41,937 nucleotides of DNA from an uncultured Bryobacteraceae bacterium (GTDB lineage Bacteria > Acidobacteriota > Terriglobia > Bryobacterales > Bryobacteraceae). The notes beneath the pieces were generated by a model. That model was not told the DNA's origin and ran no database searches. It worked only from the letters and a program-made list of their open reading frames with translations. The stretch spans positions 1 through 41,937 of the forward strand of contig CAXSIG010000001.1 in NCBI GenBank assembly GCA_964237255.1. Direction: 5' to 3'. A program made the translations under genes and the position numbers. Every line of letters starts with the position of its first letter. Within the stretch, counting starts at the first letter, position 1. Below, in pieces: positions 1 through 8,535 of this stretch.

Positions 1-15
1 TCCCGTCGCCCGGTC

Positions 16-53
16 CTTAGCGTACGTAAATTTCCCTTTCTTGAACTGTCCCC
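16..53. mobile_element. Tn3-family-type 38-bp terminal inverted repeat; the CCCC outer end faces into the window and the transposon interior lies to the left
   Basis: Sequence is cttagcgtacgtaaatttccctttcttgaactgtcccc. Its reverse complement matches 41883-41920 at 37/38. The GGGG...ACGCTAAG layout is typical of Tn3/Tn21-family IRs. ATGTT follows at 54-58. Confidence 0.75.
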
Positions 54-199
54 ATGTTGCGCGTGATCTCTCGGTGCCGTCGATCATAAAGCCGCGTTGT
101 ACGCGGGTCCGAATACCCGGCCAGGCGCTGCACGTCCTTGAGCGGGACGCTCTGCTCGAGCAGATCGGTAATGGTGGTGAAGCGGAAGAATGGGGTGAG
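54..199 (-). pseudogene. C-terminal remnant of a second tyrosine recombinase, split by the IR element
   Basis: The minus-strand translation is LTPFFRFTTITDLLEQSVPLKDVQRLAGYSDPRTTRLYDRRHREITRN. It is collinear with the C-terminus of the intact integrase (HSFRATGITTYLKNGGRVEVAQQIAGHESARTTGLYDRRDDEVSLDEVERIVI). No N-terminal part is present. Confidence 0.7.
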
Positions 200-210
200 A
201 GTTGTTCGGT

Positions 211-708
211 TTACTCCTCAACAGCTTTCTGAAAGCGGCCGTAGTCGTTCACGATTGCTTGGGAGAGTTCGTAGAGATGCCGCAGCAAATCCTCGGTTCC
301 AAAAAACTCGATGCGAAGCTCGCCCGGTTTTAAATGGATTCCCGCCGGCAGATCCTTCATCGCGCGGGAGTGCACATCCGGCGCCGTTGCAATCCGAACT
401 TTCCGGCCGCGGGCAAGTTTCTGATGCCGCTCCAGGTCTTCAAGCAGCCGCACCCGGCGCTCACGTTCAAAACGATAATCTTCGCCGGCGTGGATTTCCT
501 CCAGGCGAGAGATGAGTTGCTCGCGGCCGATGAGAAAAGTCTTGCCGGTTTGGTAGCCGCCGAAATGGGAAAGCAAATTAATAGCTTGACGACGCTGAAC
601 GCCAAAGAGCTTCTCGATAACGGGGCGGTCCAGAACCGTCGTATCAAGCGCACCAAGGTCTTCAAGAATTTCTGGAACTCGTAGCAGCCATTGAGGTTTA
701 GCAGGCAC
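211..708 (-). CDS. hypothetical protein (165 aa)
   Basis: Clean ORF that is divergent from the integrase module. I recognised no family. Confidence 0.55.
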   Translation of the reverse strand: MPAKPQWLLRVPEILEDLGALDTTVLDRPVIEKLFGVQRRQAINLLSHFGGYQTGKTFLIGREQLISRLEEIHAGEDYRFERERRVRLLEDLERHQKLARGRKVRIATAPDVHSRAMKDLPAGIHLKPGELRIEFFGTEDLLRHLYELSQAIVNDYGRFQKAVEE

Positions 709-739
709 GTCAGGAGTCTTCTATTCTTTACTATGTTAG

Positions 740-844
740 TGCACAGTTGTGCATTATAAAAAAACGAGGCTGTCGGAGGTAAAGAAGTTTGGCTCCCCCT
801 TTCCATATTTCTCTATGCATCATAAAGGACGTTATGATACATAG
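740..844. promoter_or_regulatory. divergent intergenic region with two inverted repeats (possible operators)
   Basis: The first repeat is tgcaca-gt-tgtgca at 740-753. The second is ctatgcatcataa-N6-ttatgatacatag at 813-844 (12/13). An AT-rich tataaa-like box lies at ~755. Confidence 0.35.
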
Positions 845-977
845 TAAGCTGGAACGAAGAGCGGCCTCCAAGAGGCAGACTTGGTAATCAATCCACCTCA
901 ACCCGGGTTGATTTCTATGGAGGAATGGTTAGTTCCTTTTGGGTTGAAGGCCGCGGGAAGAGATCTAGCAAATACGT

Positions 978-1253
978 TTGGAAAAATATATGGGGCTTCA
1001 AACCAAGGTGGATGAACTGCTGGAATTACGAAAAGAACCTAGCGGGCTCCGCTACTACCTGGCAGGTGAGCCGGTTCATGCCGGCGACTTGCTGGAAATT
1101 CTGCTCGACGATGGCTCCTGGGCTCTTGGCCGGTATGAATGGAATTATCAAAATGGTCAGTGGCCCTGGTTCTACGTGGACACCGACTCAGGGAGCATGA
1201 TCGATCTGAACCCGGAACGCTCTCGTCTTCGTTGGCCCCAGAAAAACTTATGA
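978..1253 (+). CDS. small DUF5348-like protein, translationally coupled to the integrase
   Basis: 91-aa ORF whose stop overlaps the integrase ATG (ATGA at 1250-1253). The GDLLEILLDDGSWALGRYEW pattern resembles small proteins found next to phage-type integrases. Confidence 0.55.
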   Translation: MEKYMGLQTKVDELLELRKEPSGLRYYLAGEPVHAGDLLEILLDDGSWALGRYEWNYQNGQWPWFYVDTDSGSMIDLNPERSRLRWPQKNL

Positions 1254-2233
1254 GCGAGATTATTCCGGCGCCGGAAGAACGGAAACTTCACACTCTTGGA
1301 TTCAGTAGCATTCCGAGCATCATCGCCGCTGCCGGCGATCGCGCGTCGTTCCGGTTTGTAGAATTTTTTACGGCGAACATCCGGAATCACAATACACGGG
1401 TTTCCTACGGCCGGGCGCTTCGCGACTTCTGCATCTGGTGCGAAGAGCGCGGGCTTCAGCTCGCAGATTTGAATCCGGTAATTGTCGCTGGCTATATCGA
1501 GCTTCTGGACAAAGAACGCGGCTACTCGAAGCCGTCGGTGAAACAGCATTTAGCCGCGATACGAATGCTCTTTGATTATTTGGTCACCGGCGGCATCGTT
1601 CGGATGAACCCCGCAAGTTCAGTTCGTGGGCCAAAGTACAGCATCAAGCGCGGAAAGACTCCTGTCCTTACCGCCGAAGAAACAAGGCAACTTCTCGACT
1701 CGATTGAAACCGACACCATCATCGGACTCCGCGATCGAGCGCTCATCGGCTTGATGGTTTACACGTTTGCGAGAATTTCGGCAGCGGCCTCGATGCGTGT
1801 AGAAGATTATTTCCAAGCCGGGAAACGCTGGCGCTTTCGCTTCATGGAAAAGGGTGGAAAGCATAATGAGGTAGTCGCCCATCATAATGCCGAAGCTTAC
1901 ATGGATGCTTACGTTGAAGCGGCCCGAATCTGGGAACAAAAGAAGTCTCCGCTCTTTCGCACGATCGACCGGAAGCTTCTGCTTTCTGATCGACCGATGA
2001 ACAGAACTGACGCGCTTCGCATGGTGAAGCGGCGGGCTTTAGCGGCTGGTCTTTCCGCTACAACTTGCAATCACTCGTTTCGCGCTACCGGCATTACAAC
2101 GTATCTGAAGAACGGCGGCCGCGTTGAAGTGGCGCAGCAAATTGCTGGGCACGAATCAGCTCGAACCACCGGCCTTTATGATCGGCGAGATGATGAAGTC
2201 TCGCTCGATGAGGTAGAGCGTATTGTCATATGA
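1250..2233 (+). CDS. tyrosine recombinase / phage-type integrase
   Basis: The C-terminal catalytic region contains HSFRATGIT and GHESARTTGLYDRR (H-x-x-R ... Y). I place the start at the internal ATG 1250 (MSEIIP) rather than the ORF-track start at 1139. Confidence 0.85.
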   Translation: MSEIIPAPEERKLHTLGFSSIPSIIAAAGDRASFRFVEFFTANIRNHNTRVSYGRALRDFCIWCEERGLQLADLNPVIVAGYIELLDKERGYSKPSVKQHLAAIRMLFDYLVTGGIVRMNPASSVRGPKYSIKRGKTPVLTAEETRQLLDSIETDTIIGLRDRALIGLMVYTFARISAAASMRVEDYFQAGKRWRFRFMEKGGKHNEVVAHHNAEAYMDAYVEAARIWEQKKSPLFRTIDRKLLLSDRPMNRTDALRMVKRRALAAGLSATTCNHSFRATGITTYLKNGGRVEVAQQIAGHESARTTGLYDRRDDEVSLDEVERIVI

Positions 2234-2297
2234 AGTGAAGTAACGAAAAGATCCAAGCACCCTTAAAGCAGTAAACCTCACGGCTACACTAGCGTGA

Positions 2298-5200
2298 TCA
2301 CCCCAGGAACCGTTCCTCGTTTCGGATTCTCCAAAGGCGGGCCTGTGTTTCGCCACGAACAACTTCATGGTCTGCCCATCGTCGAATTGCAGATAGCGAA
2401 TGTGTTTGAAACACACGTGCTCTGTCTGCCTCTGTTTGGTGGGTCTCAGCAATATCCCCTGAATACATCTGAAACCGGTGAGTCGCGACTACAAAGCGCT
2501 CAAAGACAGACTCGTCATCGCCCCAGTTTGTAAGAACGTACTCTGTAAGAGGATGTACGGTCGGTTCTTGACTGGCATTAACAGAGGGCGAGAGCAAAAA
2601 TGTGGCAACTGCCCTTGCTCCTTCAATGCCTGTATCAGTCAACCACTGTTTTACCGCTTCCAAAGGCAGAATCTGAAACAGACCCGTGTACTTACCCATT
2701 TGAAGCCGCCAACCCAGTGTTTCGTCCAACAACACTATACCGATTCGTTCCAGAACCAGAACAGAATGCGTCGTTGCCAAAGAAGAAAGAATATTCCAGG
2801 AGTGATTTCGTTTTTCATAATCCTCGCCTGTCAGACCTATGATCGCTACTCTGCACGCTTCGTCTGGATCTTCGAGTGAAAACGTTTGAAGAGCTTTCGA
2901 CCACCAGTAATCCGCCCTATCGTCAACCGGTGCACTAGCTTCTAACACCTGCCACATTGTTTGTCGCTCCTCGGCGTCAAATGGCCTGTTTTTATGCACG
3001 GCAGTGCCGACGAATCGAACAGCTATCTCAATGCTGTGAAGATCTCCAGCTCCAATCAGTAACTTTAAAACGGTCACTACGTCCGCCGGCGTCATTCGAT
3101 CAAAGAGCACCCCTGGGACAAAATTTCGAAGTGCATAAATGGACAACCTTTGCCTCGCTATGAGCCGAAGGGTACGTTCCAGTGCGCGGCTATGCTCAGG
3201 GGCTGAAAGGGCCACCCTATACGCTATTTCGGGGGCTTCCCCTTCGAGACGGTCGAGTAAGATATTGAATTGTTCTGACGGAGCAGAGGAGATAGTTAGT
3301 AACCGATCAATATACCCGCAGGCTAGCGCACTGGAGCCACTTGCTGACGCAGCGTCAAATATTCGCTCCATGTACACAACACCGTTACCTAGACTTGCAA
3401 GCGCCTCACCAACTAGAGAGGCGCTTGCTGCTTCTGGAGAATTGAGATAGGGCAACGCCTGCTCAAAAGTATTGAAATCGAGCGACATTTCTTCAGCGAG
3501 GTGAATAATCTCCGGGGGAAGACCTGGGGCAACGCCTTCTCGCAAAGAATGATGCCACGGCGCTTTGCCGACAATTGCCTTCATTTTCCCTAGAAACTCT
3601 CTCGGCGTAAGCATTTGTAACCACTCAAGTGCAGCGAGGCATGGCGGGTATTCCGCAGCGCTCCCCGCGTTTCCGCACTCATATTGAAGAAAGTCCTCTA
3701 AGGATTCGAGTAAGTTCGGAAGATGGACATCCGGAACCGGGTGGCGTTGAGTCATCTCTCTGAGGGTGGGGAACATTTCATTCGACAACAAATAACGAAG
3801 ATATTTCGAAATCACTTGCCAGGTCTTTTTGCAACTCTCAGTAGTCGCCTCTTCGAGAACCTGCTCGAAAAGCGATAGGACCGATTTTAAACAGTTCTGG
3901 AATTCCTCAAAATCTCGAGGTCTCCAATCCGGTGGTACAAGTTGGCCCGCTACAATAGCAGGGCCGACGACTTTTGTTCCGTGCGAGTTCAACGTTTCTT
4001 CAAGCGCGCCAAGTGCGAGACGCCTTTCTGCTTCATCATTGGACCTAAGCACTCTTTCGAGAAGTTCGATGCGTTCAGCGAAAGGCGTTGCAGAGCCGGA
4101 CAGTTGAATCCTGAACAACTCTTTCCATACTCCCGTTGCATTGTTCCCGATTGATTTCTCAGTTTCTGCTAACGCTAGGCGACGGAGTATTTGCTCGCTC
4201 TGCGGAAAATATTTAGGAATGGCCGCCAGTCGTTCTGCCGTCCATACTAGTCGTCTTCGGCTACCATGCCGTCCTAAACCACCTTTGGTCTCGAACAGTT
4301 CCGCTATTTCCGCCTCGTTAACCAGCGTTACTAAGCGGGGAAAATAGCGATCTGGATCCGTGTTGATTAACACCGCCAGTCGATCAACGACTTCCTCGTC
4401 TGCTAAATCCAGTGATCTTAAATTCGTTACAGATGTCCAAAAAAAGGTGCCCGTGCGGGCTCGAACCTCTGAAGAGGCGCTGCTTGCAACCCGGGCCTGA
4501 AAAGCGGGCAAGAGCAATGGTGGAATCTTACGAAGAAAAGAATCTGGATCATCTCTGATCCACCTACGCCAGGCATTCTCGAATGCGATGCGCGCTATGA
4601 TTTCAGGTGTTATGTAGTAATAACGGGTTGTTCGCGCGACAAAGCCAGGGGTATCGGTTAGCGCAGCGGCCGTTTCACGAACATGTTGCGGCACGTGACC
4701 TGTCAATTCACATAAAGCTTCAAGCTCGTCGGAAACACCCTCGCCAAACCCTACCTTTGAGAGAAGAGACAACGCTTCTATAGCACTCCGGGCCTTCTCG
4801 TCTCGGAAGCGATCCAAGTAATAATCCTGTACGGTAGCTAGACCAGGTCCTAAATCTCCCCTAGATCTAATCTCCGGGTCGTTGTCGCACAAGTCCGCCG
4901 CGAACCTAATGTAGCCGCCAGAAAGCTGGGCGTAGGCGCGGCGTCGATCTGACGAAACAAGGGGAAAGTTTTCTGCTAACACCTGCTCGACGCTTGCTGA
5001 GGACAATTCCTCCAAACGCAGCTCTCCGTCTTCTCCAATCGGTCGTTCACCAGAATTGTCAATGCAAATAACTCGAACACGCTCACTATGGCCGTTAAGA
5101 AGTTTGCCAATGTTTAAACGAGACGTAACAGTACATTCGTCAGCTACCAAAATGCATCGAGTCTTCTGGTCGTTGGCTAATGATCTCGCCACGTTTTCGG

Positions 5201-5975
5201 CGTCATCATCTTTCGTATACAACACCAGGTGTCCAGCGCCGTTTAGACCACGGATTACTTCATACACAAGTCTTGTCTTCCCTACCCCGGCCATTCCCTG
5301 CAAAGGAAGGGTAACCCGGCGGGTTGGCTGTCCGAAATCGATGTGGCCTCTAAGTAACGCTGTCTTGCCGGTCCACGCCTCCAAAGGAACAAATGTTGGG
5401 GTGACTCTGGTAATGTTTCGTGACCACGCATCAAAGAAAAGGACACGGTTGAAAGTGACCTTAAAGTGAGCTGCGAGGACTGCTGGATAGCGATTTGCCC
5501 AAGAAGCTAACTGTGAGGCCGTCACCACACACACTAACGGAGACTCCGGATTTATTCTCCGAGCGTGCTCTGTAAGAACCCCTGCCCATTCTTTCTGTTT
5601 CTCAGGTGGCATGTCGTCACAGATCGCGAGTCGATAGGCATAGCCCTCCGTGATCAGCTTTTTGGCATAGGGTTTGTTCACCTCGTCAATAAGTTGCGAA
5701 TTTGAAACGTCTCTAAACAGCCGGGCCTTGTATTGCCAGCAAGTCCGTTCCAGGAGATAACCTGTCGGGTCACTTTGCATCCCAACCTGCACCTCAGTAT
5801 CAACTCCGCCATCAGAGATGTTGACGCGCAACGAGGTTAAGATGCGGGCTTCTCCTACACCGCAACAATATCCAGTCGCGCGGATAAGGGCGTCAACGAA
5901 TCCCGTAAATGGTGCGCCGCCGCCGCCCCGCAGCATAGTAAGGTCATTATGGTCAACCGTCCACATTTTCACCAT
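2298..5975 (-). CDS. STAND-type P-loop NTPase (1225 aa) with a PD-(D/E)xK-like N-terminal domain and a long helical-repeat C-terminus; Avs/NLR-like
   Basis: Walker A is LPLQGMAGVGKTRL and Walker B is CILVADEC. The N-terminus carries NISDGGVDTEV...CWQYK (a D...QxK nuclease-like motif). About 800 aa of alpha-helical repeat-like sequence lies downstream. Confidence 0.75.
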   Translation of the reverse strand: MVKMWTVDHNDLTMLRGGGGAPFTGFVDALIRATGYCCGVGEARILTSLRVNISDGGVDTEVQVGMQSDPTGYLLERTCWQYKARLFRDVSNSQLIDEVNKPYAKKLITEGYAYRLAICDDMPPEKQKEWAGVLTEHARRINPESPLVCVVTASQLASWANRYPAVLAAHFKVTFNRVLFFDAWSRNITRVTPTFVPLEAWTGKTALLRGHIDFGQPTRRVTLPLQGMAGVGKTRLVYEVIRGLNGAGHLVLYTKDDDAENVARSLANDQKTRCILVADECTVTSRLNIGKLLNGHSERVRVICIDNSGERPIGEDGELRLEELSSASVEQVLAENFPLVSSDRRRAYAQLSGGYIRFAADLCDNDPEIRSRGDLGPGLATVQDYYLDRFRDEKARSAIEALSLLSKVGFGEGVSDELEALCELTGHVPQHVRETAAALTDTPGFVARTTRYYYITPEIIARIAFENAWRRWIRDDPDSFLRKIPPLLLPAFQARVASSASSEVRARTGTFFWTSVTNLRSLDLADEEVVDRLAVLINTDPDRYFPRLVTLVNEAEIAELFETKGGLGRHGSRRRLVWTAERLAAIPKYFPQSEQILRRLALAETEKSIGNNATGVWKELFRIQLSGSATPFAERIELLERVLRSNDEAERRLALGALEETLNSHGTKVVGPAIVAGQLVPPDWRPRDFEEFQNCLKSVLSLFEQVLEEATTESCKKTWQVISKYLRYLLSNEMFPTLREMTQRHPVPDVHLPNLLESLEDFLQYECGNAGSAAEYPPCLAALEWLQMLTPREFLGKMKAIVGKAPWHHSLREGVAPGLPPEIIHLAEEMSLDFNTFEQALPYLNSPEAASASLVGEALASLGNGVVYMERIFDAASASGSSALACGYIDRLLTISSAPSEQFNILLDRLEGEAPEIAYRVALSAPEHSRALERTLRLIARQRLSIYALRNFVPGVLFDRMTPADVVTVLKLLIGAGDLHSIEIAVRFVGTAVHKNRPFDAEERQTMWQVLEASAPVDDRADYWWSKALQTFSLEDPDEACRVAIIGLTGEDYEKRNHSWNILSSLATTHSVLVLERIGIVLLDETLGWRLQMGKYTGLFQILPLEAVKQWLTDTGIEGARAVATFLLSPSVNASQEPTVHPLTEYVLTNWGDDESVFERFVVATHRFQMYSGDIAETHQTEADRARVFQTHSLSAIRRWADHEVVRGETQARLWRIRNEERFLG

Positions 5976-6126
5976 CCACTCTAATCGTTCTAGACAAGCA
6001 CTTTTGGGGATCCAAGAAAAATGAATAGTGCTGTGGCTCCGTCACTAACTTTAGGCTCACCTATTTTGTTTTATCGCCTGCCATCTAGTTCTGATATCAC
6101 TCTCCATATAGGCATGCGGCAACGAA

Positions 6127-6142
6127 CTAAAGATGTCTTTAG
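6127..6142. promoter_or_regulatory. parS-like palindrome, copy 1 (one central mismatch)
   Basis: ctaaagaTgtctttag, located in the intergenic region upstream of the STAND gene. Confidence 0.4.
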
Positions 6143-6233
6143 CTTCCCAACCCGCGCTGGGTCTACGGACCATTTCGCCCGTGTGCGACCTCGATTCGGG
6201 CGGAGCATCGGAGAGAAAAGAGGAGGTCGCCGG

Positions 6234-7364
6234 TTAAATTGGACCTGCAAAGCGGCCGCTTCCTACACCGGGGGCGATGTCTGAGCGCCATAGCTGCTGC
6301 TCCTCTAAAAGAATTTGGTTCTCGGGATCAGCCGCAGTATTGTACTTGGCTATCACCTCCTCCAGCACGCCAGCATCTTTTGAAATTACGTCACTCGCGT
6401 TATAAAGCCAGCATGGGTGAACTTCCGCGCCATTTACTGCGAGTTGGTACACAATTGAGGTGACCATAGACTTGCTCAGGTGTTCAATGGAATACGCGAG
6501 ATCGGGCGGAAGGGAATGAGCGTACCTGTTCATGACGCGATCAATCGCCTCTAAAAATTTATGGTGCTGAGATCCTACCCACTGGCCCCAGGATAGCGGA
6601 GAGGTGACGGGGGCTGGCTTGGAAAAGTCTAGAAAACGCAGCTCTTGAGAAAAGGATGGACTAGAAAGAAAAGCGTGTACAGACCCAAAAGTCTGTTGGA
6701 TTGGGGCTGCGGCTTTGTACATACTAAACAACAGTTCAAGATAGCTGCCGAGCGGCCCTTGTAACGCTAAAAGAGCAGCCGGTAAAAAACTGGATCGAGG
6801 CAAGCCTTCGTCCGTCGTTGCGGATTTCGAATGTTGCCAGACATCTAGCAGGAAATTGGTCAAATCATCATCAATTACGCGCGTAAAGTCGGTAGGTCCG
6901 TTATACTCGCTCCACATACCAGGTTTAGGAAAGCCTTCCTTGAATTGCAACACTTGCCCGAGCTGGACGATTTCATCCTTGGTTCTTGGATTACAAGGCG
7001 CGCTGTTGAAGTAACAGAAAATCTGTGGCGTTCCGTTTTTTTCCCACGCTTGGAAAGCTCTCTTGAACTCATGCTCTGTGCCGGATTGAGACTCATGGGT
7101 CGGAGTGCCAAACCGGCACCACATCACGACAATCACTGCATCGTAATCTTCGATGTGAAGCTTCGAATCTATTAGACCTTGTGGCCCTTCTGGATGAAAC
7201 CCGGGGTATACATCGGTCTCCCAACTTCTAAGCTGGATCACAAAGCCGAGCCGGTCCGCTAGAACTCCATTTAACCGAGCTATGGTTGCGCGGACAGCCT
7301 GTCGCTCCGTCGCCACGTCGCCGGGCGAGGCGATCATTATGTTCAGTTCCCGTTTGGTGTTCAT
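6234..7364 (-). CDS. DUF4062/TIR-like N-terminal domain protein, upstream of and co-oriented with the STAND NTPase
   Basis: Motifs are NIMIASPGDVATERQAV, YDAVIVVMWCRFGT and SGTEHEFKRA...PQIFCYF, matching the DUF4062 pattern. The ORF track extends to 7445, but ATG 7364 (MNTKREL) is more plausible. Confidence 0.6.
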   Translation of the reverse strand: MNTKRELNIMIASPGDVATERQAVRATIARLNGVLADRLGFVIQLRSWETDVYPGFHPEGPQGLIDSKLHIEDYDAVIVVMWCRFGTPTHESQSGTEHEFKRAFQAWEKNGTPQIFCYFNSAPCNPRTKDEIVQLGQVLQFKEGFPKPGMWSEYNGPTDFTRVIDDDLTNFLLDVWQHSKSATTDEGLPRSSFLPAALLALQGPLGSYLELLFSMYKAAAPIQQTFGSVHAFLSSPSFSQELRFLDFSKPAPVTSPLSWGQWVGSQHHKFLEAIDRVMNRYAHSLPPDLAYSIEHLSKSMVTSIVYQLAVNGAEVHPCWLYNASDVISKDAGVLEEVIAKYNTAADPENQILLEEQQLWRSDIAPGVGSGRFAGPI

Positions 7365-7517
7365 GATAAGGGTAGTCTCAGTTGCGGTTACTGCAATCAT
7401 GACATCGGATATCAAGAGGCTCGCTGGCGGCGGAACAAAAAGCACAAGTGCTGGCAGCGATGGCGTGAAAGGGTCTTCAGTTGATCGAGCAAGCTGAACT
7501 CCCTAGCGCGGGAAGAT

Positions 7518-8495
7518 ATGATTGCTCAAATGGCTGACCCCTCTGATAAGTCGCACGACCTGTTAGATTTTCTTCAGCAGACGAGCAACGAAATGGCTTC
7601 GGAATACACCCGTATCCAGAAGCGTGCCACGGAAGATCCAGGAACAGCCGGTGACCAAGGCGAAGAGAATTGGGCACACGTTTTGCGTGAATGGTTGCCG
7701 CAGTCCTATCACGTTGTGACAAAGGGCAGGATCATCAGCCAACAAGGAAAAACCAGCCCTCAAATAGACGTTGTTATCTTACGGGGCACATATCCTCGAG
7801 CGCTTCTCAACAAAAAGCTGTACCTCGCAGCGGGTGTTGCAGCCGCGTTTGAATGCAAGGTAACGTTGAAGGCTTCCCATGTAAAAGAGGCGGTCGAGAA
7901 CTGCACCAACATAAAGAGCTTGTATCCCAGCCAACTGGGCACCCCGTATCAAGAACTACACTCCCCGATCGTCTATGGACTTTTGGCGCATTCGCACTCC
8001 TGGAAGAATGAAGGATCTACACCGGAAAACAACATCGAATCAAAGCTCCGTGAGGAAGATCTTCGAAATGTAAAACACCCACGGGAACATTTGGATTTGT
8101 TGTGTGTCGCTGATCTGGGCACCTGGTCCTCTACTCGGGTGACCTTCGCCAGCCCGAAGTTCATTAAGGAGTGGGCCGTGTTCGAACCGAAATATGGAGC
8201 TGATGGAGCGGCATCGAGTGGCTTTATAGGCAATACGGCCGTTGTCAGCAATCAAGTAGATCAGTTTTCTCCAATTGGGGCATTCCTCTTTTACCTAAGC
8301 CGGAAACTCGCCTGGAGAGATCCAGAACTGCGCAATCTTGCAGAGTATTTTGGAAACGTAAATATCGCTGGATCGGGTCAGGGAGACAGTAGGATATGGC
8401 CCACAACGATCTATAGTGATCAGATTCGGGGACGTGTCGAAGCGTGTTCTTTATCAGGCTCGGATTGGGATGAATGGGGTGTTCAGTTCTTGTGA
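7518..8495 (+). CDS. PD-(D/E)xK-type nuclease-fold protein (325 aa)
   Basis: Motifs are GDQGEENWAHVLREWLP, QIDVVIL and AAFECKVTLK (G-x-x-GE, D, E-x-K spacing). Confidence 0.55.
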   Translation: MIAQMADPSDKSHDLLDFLQQTSNEMASEYTRIQKRATEDPGTAGDQGEENWAHVLREWLPQSYHVVTKGRIISQQGKTSPQIDVVILRGTYPRALLNKKLYLAAGVAAAFECKVTLKASHVKEAVENCTNIKSLYPSQLGTPYQELHSPIVYGLLAHSHSWKNEGSTPENNIESKLREEDLRNVKHPREHLDLLCVADLGTWSSTRVTFASPKFIKEWAVFEPKYGADGAASSGFIGNTAVVSNQVDQFSPIGAFLFYLSRKLAWRDPELRNLAEYFGNVNIAGSGQGDSRIWPTTIYSDQIRGRVEACSLSGSDWDEWGVQFL

Positions 8496-8535
8496 CTAAG
8501 TGCCAGGCCGGGTTCGGGTTGTTGGTTGGCGACGT

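Noticed and set aside
357-806. 149-aa minus-strand ORF and plus-strand ORFs 138..515 and 334..684, all overlapping 211..708
   Set aside because: These are alternative frames of the same region. Frame 211..708 gives the only non-biased, globular-looking product and is positioned to use the divergent promoter region.
1139-1249. N-terminal extension of the integrase ORF (start at 1139)
   Set aside because: It overlaps the DUF5348-like gene in another frame for 111 nt. ATG 1250 gives an ATGA stop-start overlap and a normal integrase N-terminus.
2478-5469. Numerous 60-140-aa plus-strand ORFs antisense to the 1225-aa STAND gene (e.g. 2478..2879, 5056..5469)
   Set aside because: They are shadow ORFs of a long, clearly coding minus-strand gene with strong motifs.
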